A stretch of 57,536 bases of DNA from Thermoplasmatota archaeon (lineage in GTDB: Archaea > Thermoplasmatota > Poseidoniia > Poseidoniales > Thalassarchaeaceae). Of this stretch, positions 17,779 to 26,611 are shown one piece after another. A program made the position numbers and the translations under genes. The notes under the pieces were generated by a model, which was given only the letters and a program-made list of their open reading frames with translations, was not told where the DNA came from and ran no database searches. The DNA is taken from contig JAZANL010000062.1 of NCBI GenBank assembly GCA_036251765.1, positions 1 through 57,536 of the forward strand. Direction: 5' to 3'. Each line of letters starts with the position of its first letter. The stretch's first letter is position 1.

Positions 17779-18554
17779 TTTCTCCCCACCTTGTCAAATG
17801 CAGGATCGTTACCCATTTTCCTAAATCTCTCACCTGAGTCAACAAATATCGTTTGGCCGGTGATTGAAATGGAGTTCGCCAAGAATACCACAGATTCTGA
17901 TACGTCATTTGTAGATGGGCCGAAACCCAGTGGCGATTGCGATTGAACTTCATTCAGTGAGTCCGCATCTAGGACATCGCTAGTGAGAACGTGCCCTGGT
18001 GCAACACAGTTTACTCTGATTCTTGGAGCGAGGTCAATGGCAAGGGCGGACGTCAATCCGTACATTGCGAATCTAGAACCCGTGTATGAGAGATAGTCTG
18101 CATTTGGCGATTCGACCTTGAAATCCAATACGTTAACCACCCATGAATTCTCTTGGGCGGACTTTGACAGCTCGCTGATCAAGACTAGTGGCGCAAATGC
18201 GTTTACTTTCATGTGTTCTATCCACAATTCTTCGGATAGGCTTTCTATCCTGTCAAAGGAGAATAGGGATGCGTTGTTGACTACTCCCACTACACTCCCG
18301 AGTGATTCGTTTGCCTTGGGGATCAATCCTTTCACGGAATCTGAGTCATTGAGGTCGCATTGAAGAGAGATTGCCTTTCCACCCCTAGACTCGATCTCAT
18401 CAACGAGTTGGTTTGCTTCCTGTTCCGAAGTCCTGTAGTGGATTGCTATGGAGAATCCCTCGTCTGAGAGGGCGAGGCATATTTCTCTGCCTATTCTTTT
18501 GGCCCCCCCGGTTACCAATACTGCCCCGCGCATGTGCTGCGCAGGGGACTTCAC
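17775..18554 (-). CDS. Short-chain dehydrogenase/reductase, pteridine reductase (PTR1/FolM)-like
   Basis: AVLVTGGAKRIGREICLALSDEGFSIAIHYRTSEQEANQLVDEI closely resembles the PTR1/FolM N-terminus. YxxxR/K region YTGSRFAMYGLT. The likely true start is ATG at 18533 (MRGAVLVTGG). Confidence 0.7.
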   Translation of the reverse strand: MKSPAQHMRGAVLVTGGAKRIGREICLALSDEGFSIAIHYRTSEQEANQLVDEIESRGGKAISLQCDLNDSDSVKGLIPKANESLGSVVGVVNNASLFSFDRIESLSEELWIEHMKVNAFAPLVLISELSKSAQENSWVVNVLDFKVESPNADYLSYTGSRFAMYGLTSALAIDLAPRIRVNCVAPGHVLTSDVLDADSLNEVQSQSPLGFGPSTNDVSESVVFLANSISITGQTIFVDSGERFRKMGNDPAFDKVGRN

Positions 18555-18603
18555 ACTTTACCGATTGCTCATTAGAAGTGGGACTTTGCAATGAGAACGG
18601 TTA

Positions 18604-19698
18604 ATGTCGTTCTTCTACCCGCTGAACACGATGGAGAGGCGGTTGCCAATCATCGATTCTGGGACAGAGGCTTCCGGAGGATGTGGAAGTGCAGGTGAGA
18701 TAAGCCCATTGGAAAAAAGGAAGAACATGAGGAAGAGGCTCCCTTCATGGTTCAAAACGTCACTTCCAACTGGCCTGGCCCAGTCTAGTTTCAACGACAC
18801 CAAGAGCAATGTAGTGACTCATGGATTGAATACAGTCTGCGAGGAGGCCCGTTGCCCGAACGTTCACGACTGCTGGAGTCGGGGCACTGCTACATTCATG
18901 GTCGCAGGGGAAGTTTGCACAAGGGGGTGCAGATTCTGTGCGGTTGGGACTGTGAAGACGCCTCCTGAACTAAATGCCGAAGAGCCCAAAGAATTGGCTG
19001 ATGCGGTTCTCAAGATGGGGCTTAGCTATGCAGTAATTACTGTCGTAAACAGAGATGATCTCTCGGATGGGGGGGCTATGCACTACAGAGATTGCATCCT
19101 AGAGGTTTCCGAAAAGAGTCCGGATGTAGGATTGGAATTGCTTTGTTCTGACTTGGATGGGAATATTGAGGCCCTCGAGAATATGTTGGAAGGTCTGCCA
19201 TTGAGGGTTTTCGCCCACAATGTCGAGTGCGTGCCCCGGCTAGACGGAGTAGTTCGCGATAGAAGGGCATCCTTCGAACAATCCCTGAATATTCTGAGGA
19301 AGGCAAAGGAGATTCGCCCGAACCTACTTACCAAGACTAGTTTGATGGTCGGACTCGGGGAAACGGATGAAGAGATTGAAGAGGCGATGGAGATGATTCG
19401 TGAGGCGGGTGTCGACATGATTACTCTGGGACAGTATCTGCAGCCTAGCTACAGTCACCTTCCAGTAGACCGTTTCCCAGAACCAGAAAGATTTGCAGAC
19501 TGGGATCGCATTGCCAGAGATCTTGGCTTCCGAGCAGTGGCTAGCGGGCCTCTGGTTAGATCTAGCTACAGAGCAGGTCTTCTCTGGGAGGAAGCAATGG
19601 GGGGTGAGCCAGTGGTCACCAGGGACTCAACTGGTTCTGCGGTTAGTCACATCATTTCGCAGAAGAGATTGGTTGCTGCAGAGGTTGATAATTCATGA
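18604..19698 (+). CDS. lipA: Lipoyl synthase
   Basis: CEEARCPNVHDCW (auxiliary cluster) and CTRGCRFCAV (radical-SAM CxxxCxxC). Confidence 0.92.
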   Translation: MSFFYPLNTMERRLPIIDSGTEASGGCGSAGEISPLEKRKNMRKRLPSWFKTSLPTGLAQSSFNDTKSNVVTHGLNTVCEEARCPNVHDCWSRGTATFMVAGEVCTRGCRFCAVGTVKTPPELNAEEPKELADAVLKMGLSYAVITVVNRDDLSDGGAMHYRDCILEVSEKSPDVGLELLCSDLDGNIEALENMLEGLPLRVFAHNVECVPRLDGVVRDRRASFEQSLNILRKAKEIRPNLLTKTSLMVGLGETDEEIEEAMEMIREAGVDMITLGQYLQPSYSHLPVDRFPEPERFADWDRIARDLGFRAVASGPLVRSSYRAGLLWEEAMGGEPVVTRDSTGSAVSHIISQKRLVAAEVDNS

Positions 19699-19713
19699 AA
19701 AGTGGAGGGATGA

Positions 19714-20952
19714 ATGATGGCCCCTAAGGACTCAGACGGTAAAATACACGTTCCTGACGCCCCATTCAGGCCAGGGGAGGAAGCAAGTTTCGAAAGCTGG
19801 CCATGGAAACCTGGAGATTTCACTAGGCCCGATCCCAAGAAGTGTCATTTTCAAGACACGGTTGAACTAGCAAGTGGCCTCGTCAGAGTACTTGACGACG
19901 ATGGAAATGCCTCTGGAGAGTGGGATCCAAAACTCACTACCGAGGAACTGCTGACCGGTTTGGAGCATATGGTGAGATTGAGGATCTTTGATGATAGGAT
20001 GATGAAGATGCAGAGGACCGGTCTGCTTTCATTCTACATGCGTTCATTGGGAGAGGAGGCAGTGGCTATCGCCCAAACAATGGCTTTGGAGACGCAAGAC
20101 TGGATTTTCCCAACTTATCGGCAACCGGGTGCACAATTTGTCAGAGGGAGGGGGATGGTGAGCATGATCTGCCACTGTATTGGAAACGAAGAAGACAATA
20201 TCAAGGGCAGACAAATGCCAGTACACTATTCTTACAGAGAAGGGAGGTTCATCTCTGTTTCTAGCCCGGTTGGGACGCAGTTCAGCCAGGCAGTAGGAGT
20301 GGCTCTTGCATCTAGATACAAGGGTCTTGATGAGGTCACCATCACGTGGATAGGCGACGGGGCAAGTGCTGAGGGCGATTATCACTATGCGTTAAACTTC
20401 GCAAGCGTTTTCAACGCCCCCGTAATCCTCAATGTAGTAAATAACCAATGGGCAATTTCCACTCATGCAAACTTCGCTACTGGAATCGGGGATTTTGCAT
20501 CTAGGGGGATACCCTTCGGCCTTCCCTCCATCAGGGTGGATGGGAATGATTTCCTGGCGCTATATTCAGTAACCAAGTGGGCTCGAGAGAGGGCGGCTTC
20601 GGGCTCTGGAGCAACACACATCGAGGTCCTAACTTACAGAACTGGGGCACACAGCAGCAGTGACGACCCCAGCAGGTATAGGCCAAAGGACGAGCATGCA
20701 AAGTGGCCCGGGGGAGATCCTGTTGATAGGCTGAAAGGTCACCTGATAAAATTGGGAGAGTGGAGCGAGGAGAAGCACAAAGAACTGGAGGAAAGGATCG
20801 ATTCAGAGGTTGTTGATGCTTACAAGGAGGCCGTAAAATTCGGAGATCTTGCCAATGGCCCATATCCATCTGCAGATACAATCTTCACAGAGGTATACGA
20901 AGAGATGCCCTGGCACCTCAGGGAGCAGCATGACGAGATGATGGGGGGTTGA
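19714..20952 (+). CDS. 2-oxoacid dehydrogenase E1 component, alpha subunit (TPP-binding)
   Basis: YRQPGAQFVRG, GDGASAEGDYHYALNFASVFNAPVILNVVNNQWAIST (TPP motif), LTYRTGAHSSSDDPSRYR. Confidence 0.9.
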   Translation: MMAPKDSDGKIHVPDAPFRPGEEASFESWPWKPGDFTRPDPKKCHFQDTVELASGLVRVLDDDGNASGEWDPKLTTEELLTGLEHMVRLRIFDDRMMKMQRTGLLSFYMRSLGEEAVAIAQTMALETQDWIFPTYRQPGAQFVRGRGMVSMICHCIGNEEDNIKGRQMPVHYSYREGRFISVSSPVGTQFSQAVGVALASRYKGLDEVTITWIGDGASAEGDYHYALNFASVFNAPVILNVVNNQWAISTHANFATGIGDFASRGIPFGLPSIRVDGNDFLALYSVTKWARERAASGSGATHIEVLTYRTGAHSSSDDPSRYRPKDEHAKWPGGDPVDRLKGHLIKLGEWSEEKHKELEERIDSEVVDAYKEAVKFGDLANGPYPSADTIFTEVYEEMPWHLREQHDEMMGG

Positions 20953-20954
20953 AC

Positions 20955-21965
20955 ATGGCAAACATGAATATGATTCAATCGCTAAACAGTGCTCTGGACA
21001 ACATGCTGGAAAGCAATCCGGATGTAATCATCTTCGGAGAAGACGTGGGATACTTCGGAGGTGTTTTCAGAACGACGGATGGATTGCAAGAGAGGCATGG
21101 CGAGCATCGAGTTTTCGACACCCCCCTTTCCGAGGGTGGAATTGCTGCAACTGCTTTTGGAATGGGGCTAAATGGACTCAGGCCCGTTGTCGAGATTCAG
21201 TTTGCTGACTACATCTTCCCGGCTTATGACCAGATTGTTAACGAGATGGCAAAGGTTAGACACCGTTCTGGAGGCGAGTTCTGGTCCCCCGTCACGCTAA
21301 GGACTCCGGCTGGTGGAGGGATTCGAGGTGGGCACCATCATTCACAGTCCCCAGAGTCTCAGTTCACCCACACCCCAGGGCTAAAGGTGGTTTACTGCTC
21401 AACACCATACAATGCAAAAGGTCTGCTAATTAGCTCAATCGAGTGCAATGACCCTGTAGTTTTCTTTGAGCCAAAGAGATGTTATCGAGGACCATTCTAC
21501 GGCGACCCTCACAGCGTCCCTACCTGGTCCGATCACCCAGAGGCAGAAGTTCCAGATGACATCTACAGAATACCCCTTGGCGAGGCAAGGCTGGCACAAC
21601 AAGGAAGCGATTGCACGGTAATTTCATGGGGGGCAATGGTTCATGTTTGTGAGCAAGCAATAGGGGATAGTGGAGTTTCATGTGACCTGATTGACCTGCA
21701 AACCCTTGTTCCTTGGGACAAAGAGGCAATAGTGAGTTCGGTTGAGAAGACTGGCAGATGTGTTATTGTCCATGAAGCCCCCAAAACAAGCGGGTTCGGA
21801 GCGGAGATGGCTGCTTCGATTCAGGAGAGGTGCTTCTACCACCTCGAAGCACCCATTGAGAGGGTGACAGGATGGGACACACCATTCCCCCATACTACTG
21901 AATGGGATTACATGCCCGGACCATCTAGAATCGCGGCGGCGATCAAGAAAACACAGGAGGAGTGA
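20955..21965 (+). CDS. 2-oxoacid dehydrogenase E1 component, beta subunit
   Basis: VIIFGEDVGYFGGVFRTTDGLQERHGEHRVFDTPLSEGGIA, VEIQFADYIFPAYDQIVNEMAK. The track start TTG 20949 overlaps the upstream stop; ATG 20955 is preferred. Confidence 0.9.
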   Translation: MANMNMIQSLNSALDNMLESNPDVIIFGEDVGYFGGVFRTTDGLQERHGEHRVFDTPLSEGGIAATAFGMGLNGLRPVVEIQFADYIFPAYDQIVNEMAKVRHRSGGEFWSPVTLRTPAGGGIRGGHHHSQSPESQFTHTPGLKVVYCSTPYNAKGLLISSIECNDPVVFFEPKRCYRGPFYGDPHSVPTWSDHPEAEVPDDIYRIPLGEARLAQQGSDCTVISWGAMVHVCEQAIGDSGVSCDLIDLQTLVPWDKEAIVSSVEKTGRCVIVHEAPKTSGFGAEMAASIQERCFYHLEAPIERVTGWDTPFPHTTEWDYMPGPSRIAAAIKKTQEE

Positions 21966-21966
21966 G

Positions 21967-23274
21967 ATGTCAAATTTCGTGTTCAAGTTACCCGATATCG
22001 GAGAAGGAGTAGTTGAAGGAGAGGTAGTGCAGTGGCACGTTTCGGTTGGAGATTCAGTATCCGAAGACGACCCGATCGTGGATGTAATGACCGACAAGGC
22101 CACCGTTACAATTCCGTCCCCAACAAGCGGGGTTATAGCTTCTCTAAGCGGAGGTGTTGGCGACATGATTGCAGTTGGTACGACTCTACTAGAAATCAGC
22201 ACTGGTGAGGTCATGGAGAGTGAAGGGGGAGTGGCAGTCGGAGGTGATGAAGGAGCGGATACGGACCCTGAACCAGCTGCTGCTCCGGCCCCGGCACCGG
22301 CCCCAACTCCTGAACCAGCTCCTGCCCCTGCTCCGGCACCGGCCCCAACTCCTGAACCAGCTCCGGCTCCAACTCCGAAGGCACCGTCACAAAGCTCAAC
22401 GGGAAGGGTTCTGGCCAGTCCTGCAGTTCGGAAGCGAGCAAGGGAGAATGATGTCGATCTTTCGACCGTTAGAGGTTCAGGCCCTGCAGGAAGAATAAGG
22501 CATGCTGATTTGGATGCATACATTGCAGCGGGCGGATCGATAGCTGGAGCTCCTCCCATGGCCTACTCTGTGAAGAGGACCGAGGTTACGCCAGTGAAGG
22601 TTGTCGGACTGAGAAGGAAGATTTCCGAGCAAATGAGCCTCTCAAAGAGCAGGATCCCCCACTTCTCGTATTTCGAAGAGGTAGACATTACTGAGTTGGA
22701 GTCTTTGAGGCAGGTCCTAAACTCGACAAAGGACGAAACTCAACCTAAGTTGACATACCTCCCATTCATCATGCTAGCTCTCGCCAAGATCATGCCCGAA
22801 CATCCAGAATGCAATGCGCACTTCGATGATGAAGGTGGAGTTGTAAACCGGCAAGGGGCGGTGAATCTGGGAATTGCAACCCAAACTGATCGTGGCTTGT
22901 ATGTCCCTGTGGTTAAGCACGTTGAGGCAATGGACATCTGGAATGCTGCATCGGAAATGCAAAGGGTATCAGGATCGGCAAGAGATGGCAGTGCTAGCCT
23001 GGATGAGTTAACCGGATCCACTTTCACGATCACAAGCTTAGGAAGGGAGGGTGGCTTGGGAGCAACTCCGATCATCAACCATCCAGAGGTTTCTATCCTT
23101 GGCGTGCACAAGGCCAGAGAGATGCCTGTTGTCAGGGATGGCAAGATAGTTATCAGGAGAATAATGAACCTTTCAAGCGCCTTTGACCACCGGGTGGTCG
23201 ACGGGGCGGATGGGGCCTCTCTGATACAGCATCTGAAGAGGATGTTGGAAAACCCAGCACTCATTTTCATGTGA
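21967..23274 (+). CDS. Dihydrolipoamide acyltransferase (E2): one lipoyl domain, Pro/Ala linker, catalytic domain
   Basis: Lipoyl-Lys motif VMTDKATVTIPS, PAPAPTPEPAP linker, subunit-binding ASPAVRKRARENDVDLSTVRGSGPAGRI, catalytic LSSAFDHRVVDGADGA. Confidence 0.92.
   Translation: MSNFVFKLPDIGEGVVEGEVVQWHVSVGDSVSEDDPIVDVMTDKATVTIPSPTSGVIASLSGGVGDMIAVGTTLLEISTGEVMESEGGVAVGGDEGADTDPEPAAAPAPAPAPTPEPAPAPAPAPAPTPEPAPAPTPKAPSQSSTGRVLASPAVRKRARENDVDLSTVRGSGPAGRIRHADLDAYIAAGGSIAGAPPMAYSVKRTEVTPVKVVGLRRKISEQMSLSKSRIPHFSYFEEVDITELESLRQVLNSTKDETQPKLTYLPFIMLALAKIMPEHPECNAHFDDEGGVVNRQGAVNLGIATQTDRGLYVPVVKHVEAMDIWNAASEMQRVSGSARDGSASLDELTGSTFTITSLGREGGLGATPIINHPEVSILGVHKAREMPVVRDGKIVIRRIMNLSSAFDHRVVDGADGASLIQHLKRMLENPALIFM
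22291..22364. repeat. Perfect 32-nt direct repeat at 42-nt period inside the E2 Pro/Ala linker
   Basis: CCGGCACCGGCCCCAACTCCTGAACCAGCTCC occurs at 22291-22322 and again at 22333-22364. Confidence 0.9.
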
Positions 23275-23283
23275 GGAACTCAA

Positions 23284-24720
23284 ATGGCAGAAACACGCAA
23301 GTGCCAGGTATTGGTTATCGGTGCCGGACCAGGGGGTTACGTAGCGGGAATTCGATCAGCGCAACTTGGCCTTGATACGATCGTCGTCGAGGGCGACAAG
23401 GCAGGAGGAACTTGCCTAATCAGAGGATGCATTCCAAGCAAAGCGATAATCCACGCGGCAGAGAGATTTGAGTCACTTCGTCAGCATTCTTCCGAAGGAG
23501 GGCATATGGGCCTGTCTGTAACAGGTGATGCTGAAGTTGACATGGGGGAGTTGGTTTCGTGGAAGGATTCTATTGTTGATAGGTTAAACAAGGGTGTTGA
23601 GGGTCTGCTTAATGCTGCTGGGGCCACTTTGATCAAGGGGTGGGCCCGTTTCGATGGTCCGAAGAGTTGCACAGTAGATACTGGTGACTCCAGTCTGAAG
23701 ATAGAAGCGGAGAATGTCATCATCGCCACTGGATCTAGCCACATTGACTTGCCATTCATGCCATGTGACGAGGAGTTTGTCCTATCCTCCACTGGTGCTT
23801 TGGATCTTGATTCATTGCCAAAGAGCGTCGCAATTGTGGGAGGGGGGTATATTGGTCTCGAGCTGGGGTGCGCGCTAGCCAAACTTGGTTCAGAAATTAC
23901 TGTCGTAGAGGGGATGAGTAGCGTCTTGGCGATAATGGACAAGGAAATTAGGAGGCCGTTGGAACTCTGGCTGAAGAAGCACAAGGTTACCGTCCACACC
24001 GAGTCTCTGGCCAGGGGCGTCGAAATCAAGGGAAGGGGTGCATCGAAAAAGGCCGAATTGACATTCGAGAAGGACGGGGTCGAACACAAGACCAAGGTAG
24101 ACAAGGTTCTAGTCACTGTGGGAAGAAAACCCAATACCAAGGGCTGGGGACTAGAAAACATCGGAGTTAGGATGGATGGCTCTGGACACTTCATTCGGAC
24201 GGATAGGCAATGCAGAACATCAGTTCCAGGCGTATATGCCATTGGAGACGTATCTGGTGAGCCGATGCTAGCACACAAGGCCAGTGCAGAGGGTGAAATG
24301 GTCGCAGAAATTATTGCTGGCCACAAAAGAGAATTCGACAAGGTTGCCATACCCGCAATCGTCTTTACCGAACCTGAGATAGTGTCTGTCGGACTAACTC
24401 CCGATGAAGCCAAGGAAAGGGGTGAAGAAATCATCGTGGGCAAGTTCCCACTTGCCGCGAATGGAAGAGCATTGAGCCTAGAGGCCGAGAAGACGGGCGG
24501 TTTCATCCGAGTTACAGCAAGAGAATCGGATCACGTAATCCTCGGGGTTCAAGCAGTGGGAAGCCATGTGGCAGAGTTGCATTCCGAATTCGTGCTGGCC
24601 CTAGAAATGGGAGCACTGCTTGAGGATGTGGCTGGGACGGTGCATGCACATCCAACAATGTCCGAGGCATTCCATGAGAGTGTTCTCAAGACCCTTGGTC
24701 ATGCCATCCACATCAATTGA
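23284..24720 (+). CDS. lpdA: Dihydrolipoyl dehydrogenase (E3)
   Basis: FAD motif VIGAGPGGYVAG, redox disulfide GGTCLIRGCIPSK, NAD motif IVGGGYIGLELG, C-terminal HAHPTMSE. Confidence 0.93.
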   Translation: MAETRKCQVLVIGAGPGGYVAGIRSAQLGLDTIVVEGDKAGGTCLIRGCIPSKAIIHAAERFESLRQHSSEGGHMGLSVTGDAEVDMGELVSWKDSIVDRLNKGVEGLLNAAGATLIKGWARFDGPKSCTVDTGDSSLKIEAENVIIATGSSHIDLPFMPCDEEFVLSSTGALDLDSLPKSVAIVGGGYIGLELGCALAKLGSEITVVEGMSSVLAIMDKEIRRPLELWLKKHKVTVHTESLARGVEIKGRGASKKAELTFEKDGVEHKTKVDKVLVTVGRKPNTKGWGLENIGVRMDGSGHFIRTDRQCRTSVPGVYAIGDVSGEPMLAHKASAEGEMVAEIIAGHKREFDKVAIPAIVFTEPEIVSVGLTPDEAKERGEEIIVGKFPLAANGRALSLEAEKTGGFIRVTARESDHVILGVQAVGSHVAELHSEFVLALEMGALLEDVAGTVHAHPTMSEAFHESVLKTLGHAIHIN

Positions 24721-24728
24721 GGGGTCGA

Positions 24729-25403
24729 ATGGAAGGAATCGAAGTACTTAGGTGCGGAATAGTAGATTACCAGGTAATGTCGGACTGGATGAAGGATCTA
24801 CAAAGAAGGAGGATTGCTGACGAGATTGATGATACCTTGATCTTCGTCCAGCATCCAGAGGTAGTCACAATCGGCCCCAAGGCCGTCCGTGACAATGTTG
24901 TCGTAGACGGTTATCCAACTTGTCTAACAGACAGAGGGGGAGGGATTACTTGGCATGGACCCGGGCAACTCGTTGTATATCCGATTATCAAATGGGAAAT
25001 CGGAGAACAGAGTGTCAGAGGAGTGATTGGAAAGTTGGAAGAGTGGGCGATTTCGGCCCTTGGGGAATGTGGAGTTTCTGCTTATAGAGACGAGGCAATG
25101 CAAGGGGCATGGTTAGATGGGTACAAGATTTGCTCAATAGGGCTGTCATTCCTACACTGGGTTAGCCGCCATGGAATGTCGATCAATATTGACACGCCTG
25201 GGACCAGGGTTCAGGATTTGGAATGCTGTGGAATTCCCGCTGGTACCCACACCAGCCTTTCTCACCTAGGATATGAAAAAGACAATCGAGGAGAGCCGAT
25301 TAACTTCGAGAGAATTGAGGAGGCCCTGATTTTGACATGTGAGGAAATCCTCGGAAGAGTGCCAAAGAGTCCTGTAGATTGGAGTCCAGAGATGATAGTG
25401 TGA
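24729..25403 (+). CDS. lipB: Octanoyltransferase (lipoyl(octanoyl) transferase)
   Basis: FVQHPEVVTIG...TDRGGGITWHGPGQLVVYPI and KICSIGL (conserved Cys/Lys region). ATG 24729 with GAGGGG 5 nt upstream. The track TTG 24717 overlaps the lpdA stop. Confidence 0.85.
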   Translation: MEGIEVLRCGIVDYQVMSDWMKDLQRRRIADEIDDTLIFVQHPEVVTIGPKAVRDNVVVDGYPTCLTDRGGGITWHGPGQLVVYPIIKWEIGEQSVRGVIGKLEEWAISALGECGVSAYRDEAMQGAWLDGYKICSIGLSFLHWVSRHGMSINIDTPGTRVQDLECCGIPAGTHTSLSHLGYEKDNRGEPINFERIEEALILTCEEILGRVPKSPVDWSPEMIV

Positions 25404-26590
25404 GCAGGCCACGAAGGAGTGAGTTTGCTGAGCACTGGATGCTCTCGAAGGAGACTTGTTTTCTGAATCATGGCTCTTTCGGGGCTACTCCAATTGCAGT
25501 TCTTGAAGAGCAAACTAGGCTCAGAGGTAAAATCGAGAGGGACCCGGTTAGATTCTTCGAAAGGGATTACATCACTCTGATGAACTCGTCTGTTGGAAGG
25601 CTTGCAGAATTCATGAATGCTGACCCGGAGGGGATGACATTAGTGAAGAATACCACTGAAGGAGTGAACACAGTACTAAGGAGCCTGGTACTAAATCCCG
25701 GTGATGAGATCCTAGTCACCAACCACAGCTACCAGGCCTGTTGGAATGCTGTAGACTTCGTTACCGAGAGGGCGGGTGCGAAGACTGTAGTTGTAGAAAT
25801 CCCATTCAGAGTTGAGAGCGAAGAGGAAATTGTTGACCTCATGATGAGTTCGGTTACCGAACGAACAGTCCTGGCCATGGTGGACACAGTAACTAGCGCT
25901 ACTGGGCTTAGGATGCCATTCGAAAGTCTCGTCAGAGATTTGCAGGAATCAGGGGTTGATGTTCTTCTTGATGCAGCGCATGGACCAGGCATTGTCCCCC
26001 TGGACCTAACTGAACTAGATGCTGCGTACTGCACTGGAAATTGCCACAAATGGCTATGCACGCCGAAGGGATCTGCGTTTCTTCACATTAGGTCTGATCT
26101 AAAGAAGATGATTAGACCTCTAAGCATTAGCCACGGTGCTAGCTTCGAAGGGACGGACCAAGAGAAGTTCGAGTTTGAATTTGGATGGCCGGGAACCCAA
26201 GACCCGACTCCATGGCTATGCATTCCGCTAGCCATTGATTTCCTAGGCGGGCTTGTGAAAGGTGGGTGGCCGGAGATAATGGAAAGAAACCGTTCATTGG
26301 CACTGGAGGGGAGGAAGATCATCTGCAACGCCCTTGGGACTTCAGAGCCGGTTCCCGAGTCTATGGTTTCTTCGATTGCTTCCGTGGAGATGCCCGGGGA
26401 AGAGGAGGTGGGGCCTATGAGCATGGAGGGTGACCCCTATCACAACTATCTTCTAGATGAGTTTGGAATCCAAGTCCCTGTCTTCCCATGGAGGCACCAT
26501 GGAAAGAAATACATCAGAATCTCAGCCCAGCTCTACAACAGTGTAGAAGAGTATGAGTTCCTTGCAGAGTGTCTAGAACAATCGATGTGA
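25400..26590 (+). CDS. Class V PLP-dependent aminotransferase (isopenicillin-N epimerase / cysteine desulfurase-like)
   Basis: FLNHGSFGATP start region and PLP-Lys context TGNCHKWLCTPKGSAFL. The GTG 25400 start overlaps the lipB stop (GTGA). The track TTG 25379 or the later ATG (MLSKE) are also possible. Confidence 0.75.
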   Translation: MSRPRRSEFAEHWMLSKETCFLNHGSFGATPIAVLEEQTRLRGKIERDPVRFFERDYITLMNSSVGRLAEFMNADPEGMTLVKNTTEGVNTVLRSLVLNPGDEILVTNHSYQACWNAVDFVTERAGAKTVVVEIPFRVESEEEIVDLMMSSVTERTVLAMVDTVTSATGLRMPFESLVRDLQESGVDVLLDAAHGPGIVPLDLTELDAAYCTGNCHKWLCTPKGSAFLHIRSDLKKMIRPLSISHGASFEGTDQEKFEFEFGWPGTQDPTPWLCIPLAIDFLGGLVKGGWPEIMERNRSLALEGRKIICNALGTSEPVPESMVSSIASVEMPGEEEVGPMSMEGDPYHNYLLDEFGIQVPVFPWRHHGKKYIRISAQLYNSVEEYEFLAECLEQSM

Positions 26591-26611
26591 GATTGGGAAA
26601 CCATTGAATGG

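Noticed and set aside
22270-22380. Short periodic repeats as a possible CRISPR array
   Set aside because: There are only two copies, at 42-nt period, in frame inside the E2 coding sequence and encoding a Pro/Ala linker. This is not a repeat-spacer structure.
21678-22559. 293-aa minus-strand ORF with GAGAGAG repeats
   Set aside because: It is antisense to the E1-beta/E2 junction. The Gly/Ala run is simply the reverse complement of the Pro/Ala linker of E2.
23481-24506. 341-aa minus-strand ORF
   Set aside because: It is antisense to lpdA, which has all the canonical FAD/NAD/disulfide motifs. This is a shadow ORF.
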